Below are positions 23,470 to 31,142 of a DNA stretch of 32,000 bases, in pieces; positions within the stretch are counted from its first letter, which is position 1, and each line of letters opens with the position of its first letter. This DNA comes from Firmicutes bacterium UBA1393 (GTDB taxonomy: Bacteria > Bacillota > DTU025): assembly GCA_002305255.1 (NCBI GenBank), contig DBQN01000065.1:2529-34528 (forward strand), written 5' to 3'. A program made the position numbers and the translations under genes. The notes under the pieces are model-generated. The model worked only from the letters and a program-made list of their open reading frames with translations. It made no database searches and had not been told where the DNA came from.

Positions 23470-25194
23470 CTAGAAGGTTTGGCCGAAGCTGAAGTAGAGC
23501 TGGCCGCCTTGCTTGCTGATACCATAGTCCACCCTGATGGTGCCTAGCACAGGCACGTTCAGACGGACTCCGACGCCATAGCCGATCTTGGTGTTCTTGA
23601 TGTCGAGCGACTCACCGGCGTTCCAGGCCTGCCCGGCATCGACGAAAGCCACGCCCTGCAGGCTGTCGATGATCCTGAATCTGTACTCGGCGTTGGCATA
23701 TGCCATCCTGTCGCCTTCGAGATCACCGTACTTGTAGCCGCGAACGGTTTCCGCCCCGCCGAGGATGAACCTCTCCTGCTCGGGAAGGGGCGTCAGTCCC
23801 CATCCTCCACTCACCCTGCCGGCCAGCACGTGGCCATCGTGAATCTGGACATATCCTGCGCCTTCGGCCTGAACCTTGGTGAAGCTGTAGTCGCCTCCGA
23901 GGATTCCACCGGCATACTCAATGGATCCCGAAAGCCTATGCCCATCGGATGGGTTCCACAGGTCGTTTCTGGCGTCGTTCACTGCCGACAGCGTGATTGA
24001 ACGGGTGATGCCGCCTGCCGGCAAGCCTTCGGGTCCCGCAGGATCTGACGTGGTGTTCACCACGTTGTCCATCTTCAGCTTGAGGAACACCTTGGTGTTC
24101 AGCGACAGGCTGGTGCCGAGGCTCACGTCAGCGCCTGTGCGCCTCTGCGAATACGGTATGGTGACCGGATCCTCGCCCTCGCCACCCTCTGACTCAGGCG
24201 TGTATTTCTTGTCAGCAGTCTTGTTATACAGATTGAGGCCGAGGGACATCTTGCCCGTCTTGCCCAGCCAGGGTTCGAAGAAGCCCAGCTCATAGTTGGC
24301 CTTGCCCCAGCCGAACTCGGCCTTGGCATTGATCCTCTGTGCGTTGCCGAGGAAGTTCTCATCTCCTAGCTCCAGATAGCCCATGATGCCAGTTGAGGAG
24401 CTATAGCTGAGGTTGATGTTGGCGACACCGGTCTTCCTCTCGGTGAAAATGTAAGTGACCGTGAACTCAGGCTTGCCTGCCACGGGCTCAACCTTTGCCT
24501 GCACGTCCTCGAAGGCACCCAGCATGTACAGGGCACGGCGGTCGTTGTTTATCTTGGCGACATCGATGAACTCGCCTTCCTTAAGGGATATGGAGCGCCT
24601 GGCCACAGCAGGCTTGGTCTTGCCCAGTCCTTCGAGCTTAATCTCTGACACCGTCCACTCCACAAGGTGTACGGCAAGCTCTGCGTCTCCCTGCAGGGAT
24701 GGCTCAATGCTCACCCAGTAGCCCTTGTCGCTGTAGAGCTTCGAGATCTTCTCAAGATCAGACCTGAGTGTGGCTGCGTTAAGCTGCTCACCGGCTCGGG
24801 TTGTCATGAGTGCAGCAAGCTCATCGGTGGGAATCAGCTGATTGCCGGCAATGCTCACACTCTTCAGCACGGGAAACTCCCTTACCACGAAGATGAGTTT
24901 GAGTCCCCCGAGATACTGAACGGTGTTAGCATTCAAGTCGGAGAACCAGCCCATGCTGTCGAGTCTTGCGAAGGTCTCGTTGACGGCCTCTTCGGTTATG
25001 TCGTCACCGATCTTCAATGTGACTTGCTTGAGAATAGTCTCGCTATCGATCCTGCTGTTGCCTTGCACCTCGACGGCAGTAAGCTTGCCCAACGACTTCG
25101 ATTGGGCGGCCAGCGCGGGAACAGCGGCTAGTGTGACGGCCATGGCGACCATAACAACGATGCTGCAAACCTTCCTGGCGCAGAATGAGTTCAT
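23470..25194 (-). CDS. bamA: BamA/Omp85-family outer membrane protein assembly factor (about three POTRA repeats + barrel)
   Basis: ATG 25194 has GGGAGGGAG upstream and gives the signal 'MNSFCARKVCSIVVMVAMAVTLAAVPALAAQ'. A POTRA-like start 'LTAVEVQGNSRIDSETILKQVTLKIGDDITEEAV' follows. The Omp85 barrel end reads 'RFILGGAETVRGY', 'AFVDAGQAW', 'GYGVGVRLNVPVLGTIRVDYG', terminal 'FSFGQTF'. Confidence 0.9.
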   Translation of the reverse strand: MNSFCARKVCSIVVMVAMAVTLAAVPALAAQSKSLGKLTAVEVQGNSRIDSETILKQVTLKIGDDITEEAVNETFARLDSMGWFSDLNANTVQYLGGLKLIFVVREFPVLKSVSIAGNQLIPTDELAALMTTRAGEQLNAATLRSDLEKISKLYSDKGYWVSIEPSLQGDAELAVHLVEWTVSEIKLEGLGKTKPAVARRSISLKEGEFIDVAKINNDRRALYMLGAFEDVQAKVEPVAGKPEFTVTYIFTERKTGVANINLSYSSSTGIMGYLELGDENFLGNAQRINAKAEFGWGKANYELGFFEPWLGKTGKMSLGLNLYNKTADKKYTPESEGGEGEDPVTIPYSQRRTGADVSLGTSLSLNTKVFLKLKMDNVVNTTSDPAGPEGLPAGGITRSITLSAVNDARNDLWNPSDGHRLSGSIEYAGGILGGDYSFTKVQAEGAGYVQIHDGHVLAGRVSGGWGLTPLPEQERFILGGAETVRGYKYGDLEGDRMAYANAEYRFRIIDSLQGVAFVDAGQAWNAGESLDIKNTKIGYGVGVRLNVPVLGTIRVDYGISKQGGQLYFSFGQTF

Positions 25195-25286
25195 CAGTCT
25201 CCCTCCCATGATTGGCCCCAACCGCCGCATATCACAGCGTACAGAGGCGCTGATCGGCAAAATGATTGTCCACAAGCATTCCGTGT

Positions 25287-27221
25287 TTAGTTCGCTTCCG
25301 GTGAGTTGGTTCCTGCCATTGCCCGCGGACCCCGCGGAGCCGAGTCTAGCCAGGCTGCGATCTGATCCAGAATATACTGACGCACGCGCGAGCCGATTAG
25401 TTTCACGAGCATGTCACCGCTTTGAGGAATATCGGCGCCGGGCATCACCGCATCCTCAAGCTGCAGCTCAATGTCACCCAGTACGCCACGGGCCGTGAGG
25501 AGGACATCGTCACCCTCCACATGCTCGGCCAGGGTCAGGGCGAACTCAGGCTCCACGCCCGGCTCAAGCAGCGCCTGCCCGCTAACCACCGCAAATGTCT
25601 GGCCCGACACGAACAGCTCGCCTGCACCCAGGCCGATTCTGCCGCTGAACACGGGCTTTTTGAGGCTCCCGAGAACGCGAACCTCCGATCCTGCGTCGAT
25701 GCGAGCCCACGATTCCTCTCGCACAACCGTAAGCCCCTCTCCCATCCCGACCGTGAGGTCAACGGCGAGGTCGGGGATGTTGGGTACCGCGGAGAAGCCC
25801 GCAGTCACTGCGTCTATCGCGCCCTCAGCCAGCGTCACCCTGCCCGAGAGCTTTCCATCGGAGTAGCCGACATCTGCGTCGAGTCTCGCTTTCACCACCT
25901 GGTGGACAAGGTCAACATCGTCGGCCACCAGCCGCAACTCGTCGGGCCGCCCCTCCAGGTGCACAGAACCATTGGAGAACTCCGCACTGAGGTCGACGCG
26001 TCCGAGGCTTGTCCGCCCGCTAGAGACGGCATATGACAGATCCGCCGTACCGCGAACTCCGGTGAACTGACCGTCGAAGTCATCGAGGAGATCCGCAGTT
26101 ATCTCACCGTCTGTGAGTCGCACAGAGCCAACCGCACCGCGCCGATCAGCGCGGAGGTGTAGGTTCCAGTTGATCCATCCGTGTGCCTTCGATGCCCACT
26201 CCACGATCTGGTTCGCCGCAGGTGAAGCCGCAAGGGTGTTGAGAACGCGGTCTAGGTCGGTGCGGCCGCCACGCACGACTGCTGTGGCCGCCCCATCCGT
26301 GTAGTCGACATCGGCGCCCATGGTCCAGTCTCTCACCGACACCGAACCCCAGTCTAGCTCGGCGATCTTGACCTCGCCTGTAGCCTTAACTTGAGGCTTG
26401 CCCTCGTGAAGAGCAGCCTCGAGCTCTCCGGCGAACTCGATCTCCGCCTTGCCGTCGGGCGAGGTGGCACGCAACCTGAGCTGGTCGGCAGCCATCGCGT
26501 CAAGTGAAAGCCTACCGCCGAGTTCCAGATCATCGACGAGCCAAGCTCGGAAGTCTATCGATGCCACGGAGACTGCCCGCGAGTCAAGTGGAGCCGACAG
26601 GTCGATAAGGGCCGAACCTGCGAGACTGACACTCTCAAGGGCGACATCGGCACCCTCAACGTACAACGTATCCCCGTCCAGCCTGATCTCGGCTCGGCTG
26701 ATTCTCAGAGGGCCCGCACCGTCTGTCACGATGACGCAGTCAATCAGGCCGACAGGCGCCCTCGGGCCGCCTTCGGAGGCCGCCGAGGTCGCGCCCGCCC
26801 TGCCGTTGGGCCTGGTGGCCTTGGAGTCGCCCCTAGGCTTCGCCCGGCCGCGCAAGATGGACTCTGCTAATTCGGTAAGCTGCGATTGGCTGCCCCTCAA
26901 TCCAAGAAGGTCGATCCGAACAACGCTGGCCAACGGATCGACCCGTCGGGCAAGGAGATCTGCAAGGTCATACGTGACGACGGCCTCCTCGATACTGAGC
27001 CCGCCGTCGATGACGACATCTTTCAGTTTCAGCTGCCTTCCCTCGACTATGGCAACATCTGTCACGCTCACGGGCACACCACCCAGAAGCGTCGAAAGCA
27101 CTGACTCAGCTGCCACTGAGCCGAGCCATGCCCTATTGGTCACGACAAACGCCCCGGCCGCAACGGCGAGCAGGAGCAGTACTATCCATACGACAAGGGA
27201 GCGCTTCAAGAGCATCACCAT
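25287..27221 (-). CDS. tamB: TamB/AsmA-like translocation-and-assembly-module protein (short form)
   Basis: An N-terminal TM 'LLKRSLVVWIVLLLLAVAAGAFVV' is followed by long repetitive beta-rich sequence. A DUF490-like C-terminal pattern is present: 'LGSLKKPVFSGRIGLGAGELFVSGQTFAVVSGQALLEPGVEPEFALTLAEHVEGDDVLLTARGVLGDIELQL'. The position directly upstream of bamA is the common tamB-bamA arrangement. Start is taken as ATG 27221; the longest ORF starts at GTG 27296. Confidence 0.65.
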   Translation of the reverse strand: MVMLLKRSLVVWIVLLLLAVAAGAFVVTNRAWLGSVAAESVLSTLLGGVPVSVTDVAIVEGRQLKLKDVVIDGGLSIEEAVVTYDLADLLARRVDPLASVVRIDLLGLRGSQSQLTELAESILRGRAKPRGDSKATRPNGRAGATSAASEGGPRAPVGLIDCVIVTDGAGPLRISRAEIRLDGDTLYVEGADVALESVSLAGSALIDLSAPLDSRAVSVASIDFRAWLVDDLELGGRLSLDAMAADQLRLRATSPDGKAEIEFAGELEAALHEGKPQVKATGEVKIAELDWGSVSVRDWTMGADVDYTDGAATAVVRGGRTDLDRVLNTLAASPAANQIVEWASKAHGWINWNLHLRADRRGAVGSVRLTDGEITADLLDDFDGQFTGVRGTADLSYAVSSGRTSLGRVDLSAEFSNGSVHLEGRPDELRLVADDVDLVHQVVKARLDADVGYSDGKLSGRVTLAEGAIDAVTAGFSAVPNIPDLAVDLTVGMGEGLTVVREESWARIDAGSEVRVLGSLKKPVFSGRIGLGAGELFVSGQTFAVVSGQALLEPGVEPEFALTLAEHVEGDDVLLTARGVLGDIELQLEDAVMPGADIPQSGDMLVKLIGSRVRQYILDQIAAWLDSAPRGPRAMAGTNSPEAN

Positions 27222-27337
27222 GATGCCTAATACGCGATGACTAACAACATCCCTGCTTGCGTATGGAAGTGAAATGGATGCATTGCGGGTATACACTGGT
27301 AAGACTGGCCATTCAGGCTATGCCATGACTCCACTCT

Positions 27338-29182
27338 TCAGTCGGTAGCGCTGATCTCCATATCGACCCATGTCGTACCCTCGATGAACCACTCCGTGAG
27401 CAACCTGGCGCTCGGCAGCTCTGTGCCATGTAAGCCGTGGTCGGCGTCACCGTCCTCTTCGGAATCGCCCGCCTTGTCCCTGGCATCGGGGTTACTCTGC
27501 GACGTGCTCACCGCCACTCCACTCAGGAGGTCGGTATGCGGATAGTCCTCGCCATCCAGATAGGGCTCATCATAGTCATAGAAGTAGTCTTCCATCTGCA
27601 CCACTATCTCGTCGCCCCTTGGAGCACGTCCCAGTTCTGCCAGCAGCTCGTCGAGGTCCATGTAAGCGAGGGCGTCCTCGTCTGGTTCATATGACTCGCC
27701 CTCATCGTCGTCTCCCACACCTCCGCCTGTCACCATGAAGGCGACCGGGCCTTCGGGCGTATCGTCGGGGATCTCCACCTCCACGATGCGCGTGGTGAGT
27801 GGGCCGCGGAATGGCCTGAGGGTTACCTCGATTCTGGCGACGCCTCCGGGTGCCACGACTGGCTCAAGGGGTATCGCACTGAGTATCCTTGCGGTTCGCC
27901 TGCCAGCGCTCACGGTGACGTTCATACTCAGCGACTTCACCACAGCCTGCTCCACGGCATTGCCCACAACCAGCTCGAGCGCTCTGCGCGGAACCTCGGC
28001 GACAGCGTATGAAATGTCGGAAGCGCTCCACACCGTGTCGGACCTGCGCAGAGGTTCATGCCCTTCGAGCTCGATCACATAGTCGATGCTGGCGGTTCCT
28101 TGTCCGAGCCTATCAATGGCTTGGTCCGCTCCGCCCAGGGCGACTGTGAAGAACAAGTCTGCCACCAGCAGTTCAGAGCCGGATACGGCCGATTGCACAC
28201 GCACGGGCTTTCCGCCCGCATCATGTACGGCCTCGACAATCACTGGAATCATGTGTGCGCGGGCCCCAGCCTTACCCGCGGAACCGTACAGTCTATCTTG
28301 AGTGAACGCACCGATGTTCTCAAGGGATGATGCCACTTTGAAGGGTACGCTGTCACTTCTGACCACTGTGTGAACAGTGGCGCCGGCGGCCTGCAGGTCT
28401 ACGGCACCGAGAGAAAGGACCGGGTGACCGAAGGCAAGAAATCTGCCTTCGTCGACATGTGTCACAGACCCGTACACTGACACCTCGATGTCGCCCTCTG
28501 CCAACTGCATTGCCACCATGGCCCCGGGCACCAGTCGGTAATCTGAAGCCACCGCGTCACGGGCAGCGGTTCCCAGCGATGCCGACGCAGGAAGCACCCT
28601 TATTCCCCTGAACGATACTGCCTCTGACAGCCTCTCAATGGCCCTCTGTGACGCGCCTGACACATACATCGTCGCGCCTGCGGCGAGAGGCGGCGCGCCG
28701 GCTGCCCGCGTGCTCGCGACAGAGTCAGTGCCGATGTCATCGTAGTCGAGCATTCTGAGCATGTCGGCGATGGGCGTCACTCCTGCGATGAAGTGGTCGC
28801 TTCCTGGGAATACGTATGCAATCGCGCCGATGAGCTTCCCATCGATGTACACAGGGCTTCCGCTCATGCCTTCTGCCACTCCGCCCGCGGCCTCAATGTT
28901 CTTGCCTGACGCGCGCACGAGAATCATGCTTCCCGGACTATCGCCCCGAGGCGATACCGCAAGGATCTCGACATCGAACGGCTCCGGTTTCACGCCTTTG
29001 AACACTGTCAGCCCGTACCCCTTCATGCCGGTCGATAGATCAGTCGTAGCTATGGTGGCGGTGTACGCAGCTGCTGCCGGCCAGTGGCCGGCGGCGCCGA
29101 CGAACGCTATGATGGCAAGGATCACCAGGGTGATACGAAGTGTGCTGTTGCGCACGGCGGAAACGCCCCTTCCCTGACGCAT
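27338..29182 (-). CDS. Peptidase S55 (SpoIVB-type) domain protein with a long non-SpoIVB C-terminal extension and acidic tail
   Basis: Signal/anchor 'LRITLVILAIIAFVGAAGHWPAAAA', then 'GMKGYGLTVFKGVKPEPFDVEILAV...GGVAEGMSGSPVYIDGKLIGAIAYVF'. The latter matches the catalytic-Ser block of SpoIVB ('GGIVQGMSGSPII.NGK.IGAVTHVF'). I recognised no PDZ-like segment. About 400 further aa end in D/E/Y-rich 'DDDEGESYEPDEDALAYMDLDELL...EDYFYDYDEPYLDGEDY'. Confidence 0.65.
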   Translation of the reverse strand: MRQGRGVSAVRNSTLRITLVILAIIAFVGAAGHWPAAAAYTATIATTDLSTGMKGYGLTVFKGVKPEPFDVEILAVSPRGDSPGSMILVRASGKNIEAAGGVAEGMSGSPVYIDGKLIGAIAYVFPGSDHFIAGVTPIADMLRMLDYDDIGTDSVASTRAAGAPPLAAGATMYVSGASQRAIERLSEAVSFRGIRVLPASASLGTAARDAVASDYRLVPGAMVAMQLAEGDIEVSVYGSVTHVDEGRFLAFGHPVLSLGAVDLQAAGATVHTVVRSDSVPFKVASSLENIGAFTQDRLYGSAGKAGARAHMIPVIVEAVHDAGGKPVRVQSAVSGSELLVADLFFTVALGGADQAIDRLGQGTASIDYVIELEGHEPLRRSDTVWSASDISYAVAEVPRRALELVVGNAVEQAVVKSLSMNVTVSAGRRTARILSAIPLEPVVAPGGVARIEVTLRPFRGPLTTRIVEVEIPDDTPEGPVAFMVTGGGVGDDDEGESYEPDEDALAYMDLDELLAELGRAPRGDEIVVQMEDYFYDYDEPYLDGEDYPHTDLLSGVAVSTSQSNPDARDKAGDSEEDGDADHGLHGTELPSARLLTEWFIEGTTWVDMEISATD

Positions 29183-29195
29183 GGCGTCTCTTTAA

Positions 29196-30167
29196 TCATA
29201 CACCTGCAGCGACATTTGTCACTTGCGGAATGTCGCACTCGGCCATGTACAGGAGTCCCCTGGCCGCCGCAAGTTGCGGATCATCTGCCAATCGGCACCC
29301 CACCCCGGCATGCTCTGCCACATGCGCCGCGAACATGTGCTGCAGCGCTCCCCCGCCCGCCAGAATCACCTCGTCGCATCCCCACCTTGACCGTGCAGCA
29401 CCGAGCGAATGCCCCACTGACCTGGCGAGGCTTTCCACTGCGGCATCGATGAGCACATCCGGTACCTCGGCGTCGGTTGGAAAACACGTGCCCACATGGC
29501 AGCCGCGCACACGAATGCCTCGCTCGCCCGGGCGTAGATCGTTTCTGGCTTCCCTTGCCCTCCTCGCCTCCGAGAAACCGACCCTGATCCCCAGCTCCTC
29601 CCTAATCCTTCGCTGCACGTCTCGGTCGACACTGCTCATCCCTGACCGCTCGCGCCCACTCCACACCACCGCTCCCATCTGAATCGTGGCGATGTGCACG
29701 CGCTCGGCGCCTACATCGGTGACGATGGTGTCACGGTCGATGGCACCGGCACCCATACACACCGCCAACGGCGACTGCACGATGGCGACGGGCTTCAGCC
29801 CGGCGTCTGACGCAAGCTGGAACATGGTTCGTATGTCGAGCACCGTAGGAGCCGCAGGTGCGAGGAGCACCGCCCTGGGCACCGCAAGCCTCTTTCTGCC
29901 GCACAGCTCCCGTGCTACGGCACTGAGTACATAGAGAGCCAACGGGCGCCGGAGTGAGTCGCCCCACGCGCCAGTGGCCGCCAGATGGTAACGAGCCGGG
30001 TCGCGCAAGAGCATCGCCATGGCGCCCGTGCCCCATCCCGCTGCGTAGCCCGTGCTCCTCTCCACCGCCACCACGGAAGGTGCAGAAATGACGACTCCGC
30101 GTCCGGGAGCAACTGCAACCACGTTCGCGGAGCCCAGATCAATGCCTATGTCAAATCGCCGCCGCAT
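29196..30167 (-). CDS. Divergent MreB/Mbl-family actin-like protein (nucleotide-binding motifs partly degenerate)
   Basis: ATG 30167 (GGAGGG 6 nt upstream) gives 'MRRRFDIGIDLGSANVVAVAPGRGVVISAPSVVAV' (MreB phosphate-1 block). 'EVILAGGGALQHM' and 'DDPQLAAARG' are retained. The canonical 'DIGGGTTE' block reads 'DVGAERVH'. The position after spoIIID matches spoIIID-mbl/mreB synteny. Confidence 0.7.
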   Translation of the reverse strand: MRRRFDIGIDLGSANVVAVAPGRGVVISAPSVVAVERSTGYAAGWGTGAMAMLLRDPARYHLAATGAWGDSLRRPLALYVLSAVARELCGRKRLAVPRAVLLAPAAPTVLDIRTMFQLASDAGLKPVAIVQSPLAVCMGAGAIDRDTIVTDVGAERVHIATIQMGAVVWSGRERSGMSSVDRDVQRRIREELGIRVGFSEARRAREARNDLRPGERGIRVRGCHVGTCFPTDAEVPDVLIDAAVESLARSVGHSLGAARSRWGCDEVILAGGGALQHMFAAHVAEHAGVGCRLADDPQLAAARGLLYMAECDIPQVTNVAAGV

Positions 30168-30186
30168 CGAGTTCCCTCCGCCGCGC

Positions 30187-30444
30187 TTACGGTATCCTCC
30201 GAGTCCGGTACTTGCGGCGAGTGGCCTCACCGCCCCTTATGTGCCGCTCGGCCTTGTTCTGGTCGAGGATCACTTTGACCTCCATCGCAAGCTGTTTGCT
30301 TATTGATGGCAATCTCTCGGTCACGTCCTTGTGGACGGTGCTCTTGCTGACATTGAACAGGCGGGCCGTCTGCCTGACCGTCGCCTTTGTCTGAATCATG
30401 TGATCGGTTATCTCCAGAACTCGCCGGCGAATGTGATCCCTCAT
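30187..30444 (-). CDS. spoIIID: Stage III sporulation protein D (mother-cell transcription factor SpoIIID)
   Basis: 85 aa. 'IQTKATVRQTARLFNVSKSTVHKDVTERLPSISKQLAMEVKVILDQNKAERHIRGGEATRRKY' is near-identical in pattern to the SpoIIID HTH and the 'RHLRGGEAT' basic region. Confidence 0.95.
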   Translation of the reverse strand: MRDHIRRRVLEITDHMIQTKATVRQTARLFNVSKSTVHKDVTERLPSISKQLAMEVKVILDQNKAERHIRGGEATRRKYRTRRIP

Positions 30445-30455
30445 GCAGCGCCCGG

Positions 30456-30506
30456 CCTCCCCCCTGCCGTTTGCTAGATATGTATTCCAGCAGGGGAGGA
30501 TTATTC
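30456..30506 (-). promoter_or_regulatory. Sigma-E-like promoter candidate for spoIIID embedded in an inverted repeat whose downstream arm contains the SD
   Basis: Minus strand reads GAATAAT (30506-30500; fits the recalled B. subtilis sigma-E -35 'ZHATAXX' 7/7), 13 nt, then AATACATA (30486-30479; 5/8 to 'CATACAHT'). Arms CCTCCCCTGC (30499-30490) and GCAGGGGGGAGG (30467-30456, the spoIIID SD) can pair, with a 2-G bulge, around a 22-nt loop holding the -10. Confidence 0.35.
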
Positions 30507-30521
30507 GCGCTACAGTCGGGT

Positions 30522-31118
30522 TCAGATTCGGGTGCTGGGGTCCTGCGGCTCGCCTCTCAACATCAGTTTGAAGTCGATCACCGACTTCGCGGAGCCCCCC
30601 GGTGCCATGCCGATGCAGTCGCCTGCCAGCACCTGCTGCCCCTGTGCCACCGATACGGTGTCGAGCGAGGCATAGTATGTTTCGAACTCGTACGAGTGTT
30701 TGATACGCACACCATAGCCCTGCTCAAGGGCAGTCACCTCGCTTACCTCGCCGTCAGCCGCAGCGCTGATTGCGCTCTCGGCCGGCACCTCTAGCGCGAT
30801 ACCGTCTCTATAGCGCCATTCACGTCGGAGCGGGTCACGGTACCATCCGAAGGAACCGACGACTGTTCCGTCTGCAGGCCAGGAGAACACCGGGGGTGGT
30901 TCCTGCTCACTGGCATCGCTCTCTGCCGGCGGTTCCTCGATCACGGCCGTCACCGGCTGCGCCCCCGGGTCGGGGACACTCAACGTTACTCTGGGCCAAT
31001 ATGCTTCGTAGGCCAGCCTCAGGACGATCCCGATACCGATGCACGCCAGGGCAGCCAGGGCCAGGCCCAGCCACTTTCTGCCCAGCTTCCATCCTCTCCA
31101 ACTTCTGAGCTTCACCAT
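30522..31118 (-). CDS. Membrane-anchored degenerate LytM/M23-domain protein, SpoIIQ-like by position
   Basis: TM anchor 'WLGLALAALACIGIGIVLRLA', then an M23-fold pattern 'YRDGIALEVPAESAISAAADGEVSEV...GYGVRIKHSYEFETYYASLDTVSVAQGQQVLAGDCIG'. The Zn/catalytic positions are substituted (H.GID -> RDGIA; YAHL -> YASL; HLHFE -> IDFKL). It lies between spoIID and spoIIID, as clostridial spoIIQ does. Confidence 0.6.
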   Translation of the reverse strand: MVKLRSWRGWKLGRKWLGLALAALACIGIGIVLRLAYEAYWPRVTLSVPDPGAQPVTAVIEEPPAESDASEQEPPPVFSWPADGTVVGSFGWYRDPLRREWRYRDGIALEVPAESAISAAADGEVSEVTALEQGYGVRIKHSYEFETYYASLDTVSVAQGQQVLAGDCIGMAPGGSAKSVIDFKLMLRGEPQDPSTRI

Positions 31119-31142
31119 GCTCGATCACCTCAGGTGGTATTA

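Noticed and set aside
22712-23473. 253-aa plus-strand ORF spanning the skp region and both flanking intergenic gaps
   Set aside because: It overlaps the well-supported skp CDS and the start of the lptF/G-lptD CDS in antisense and crosses two intergenic regions. The product has no recognisable features.
26449-27240. 263-aa plus-strand ORF
   Set aside because: It is antisense to the tamB-like CDS. The S/R/A/T-rich product is typical of an off-frame GC-rich translation.
27222-27296. 25-codon N-terminal extension of the tamB-like ORF (GTG 27296)
   Set aside because: The extension ('MYTRNASISLPYASRDVVSHRVLGI') precedes the natural Met-Val-Met plus TM start. It cannot be excluded, but the shorter start gives a typical short cytoplasmic N-terminus. 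The choice is low-confidence.
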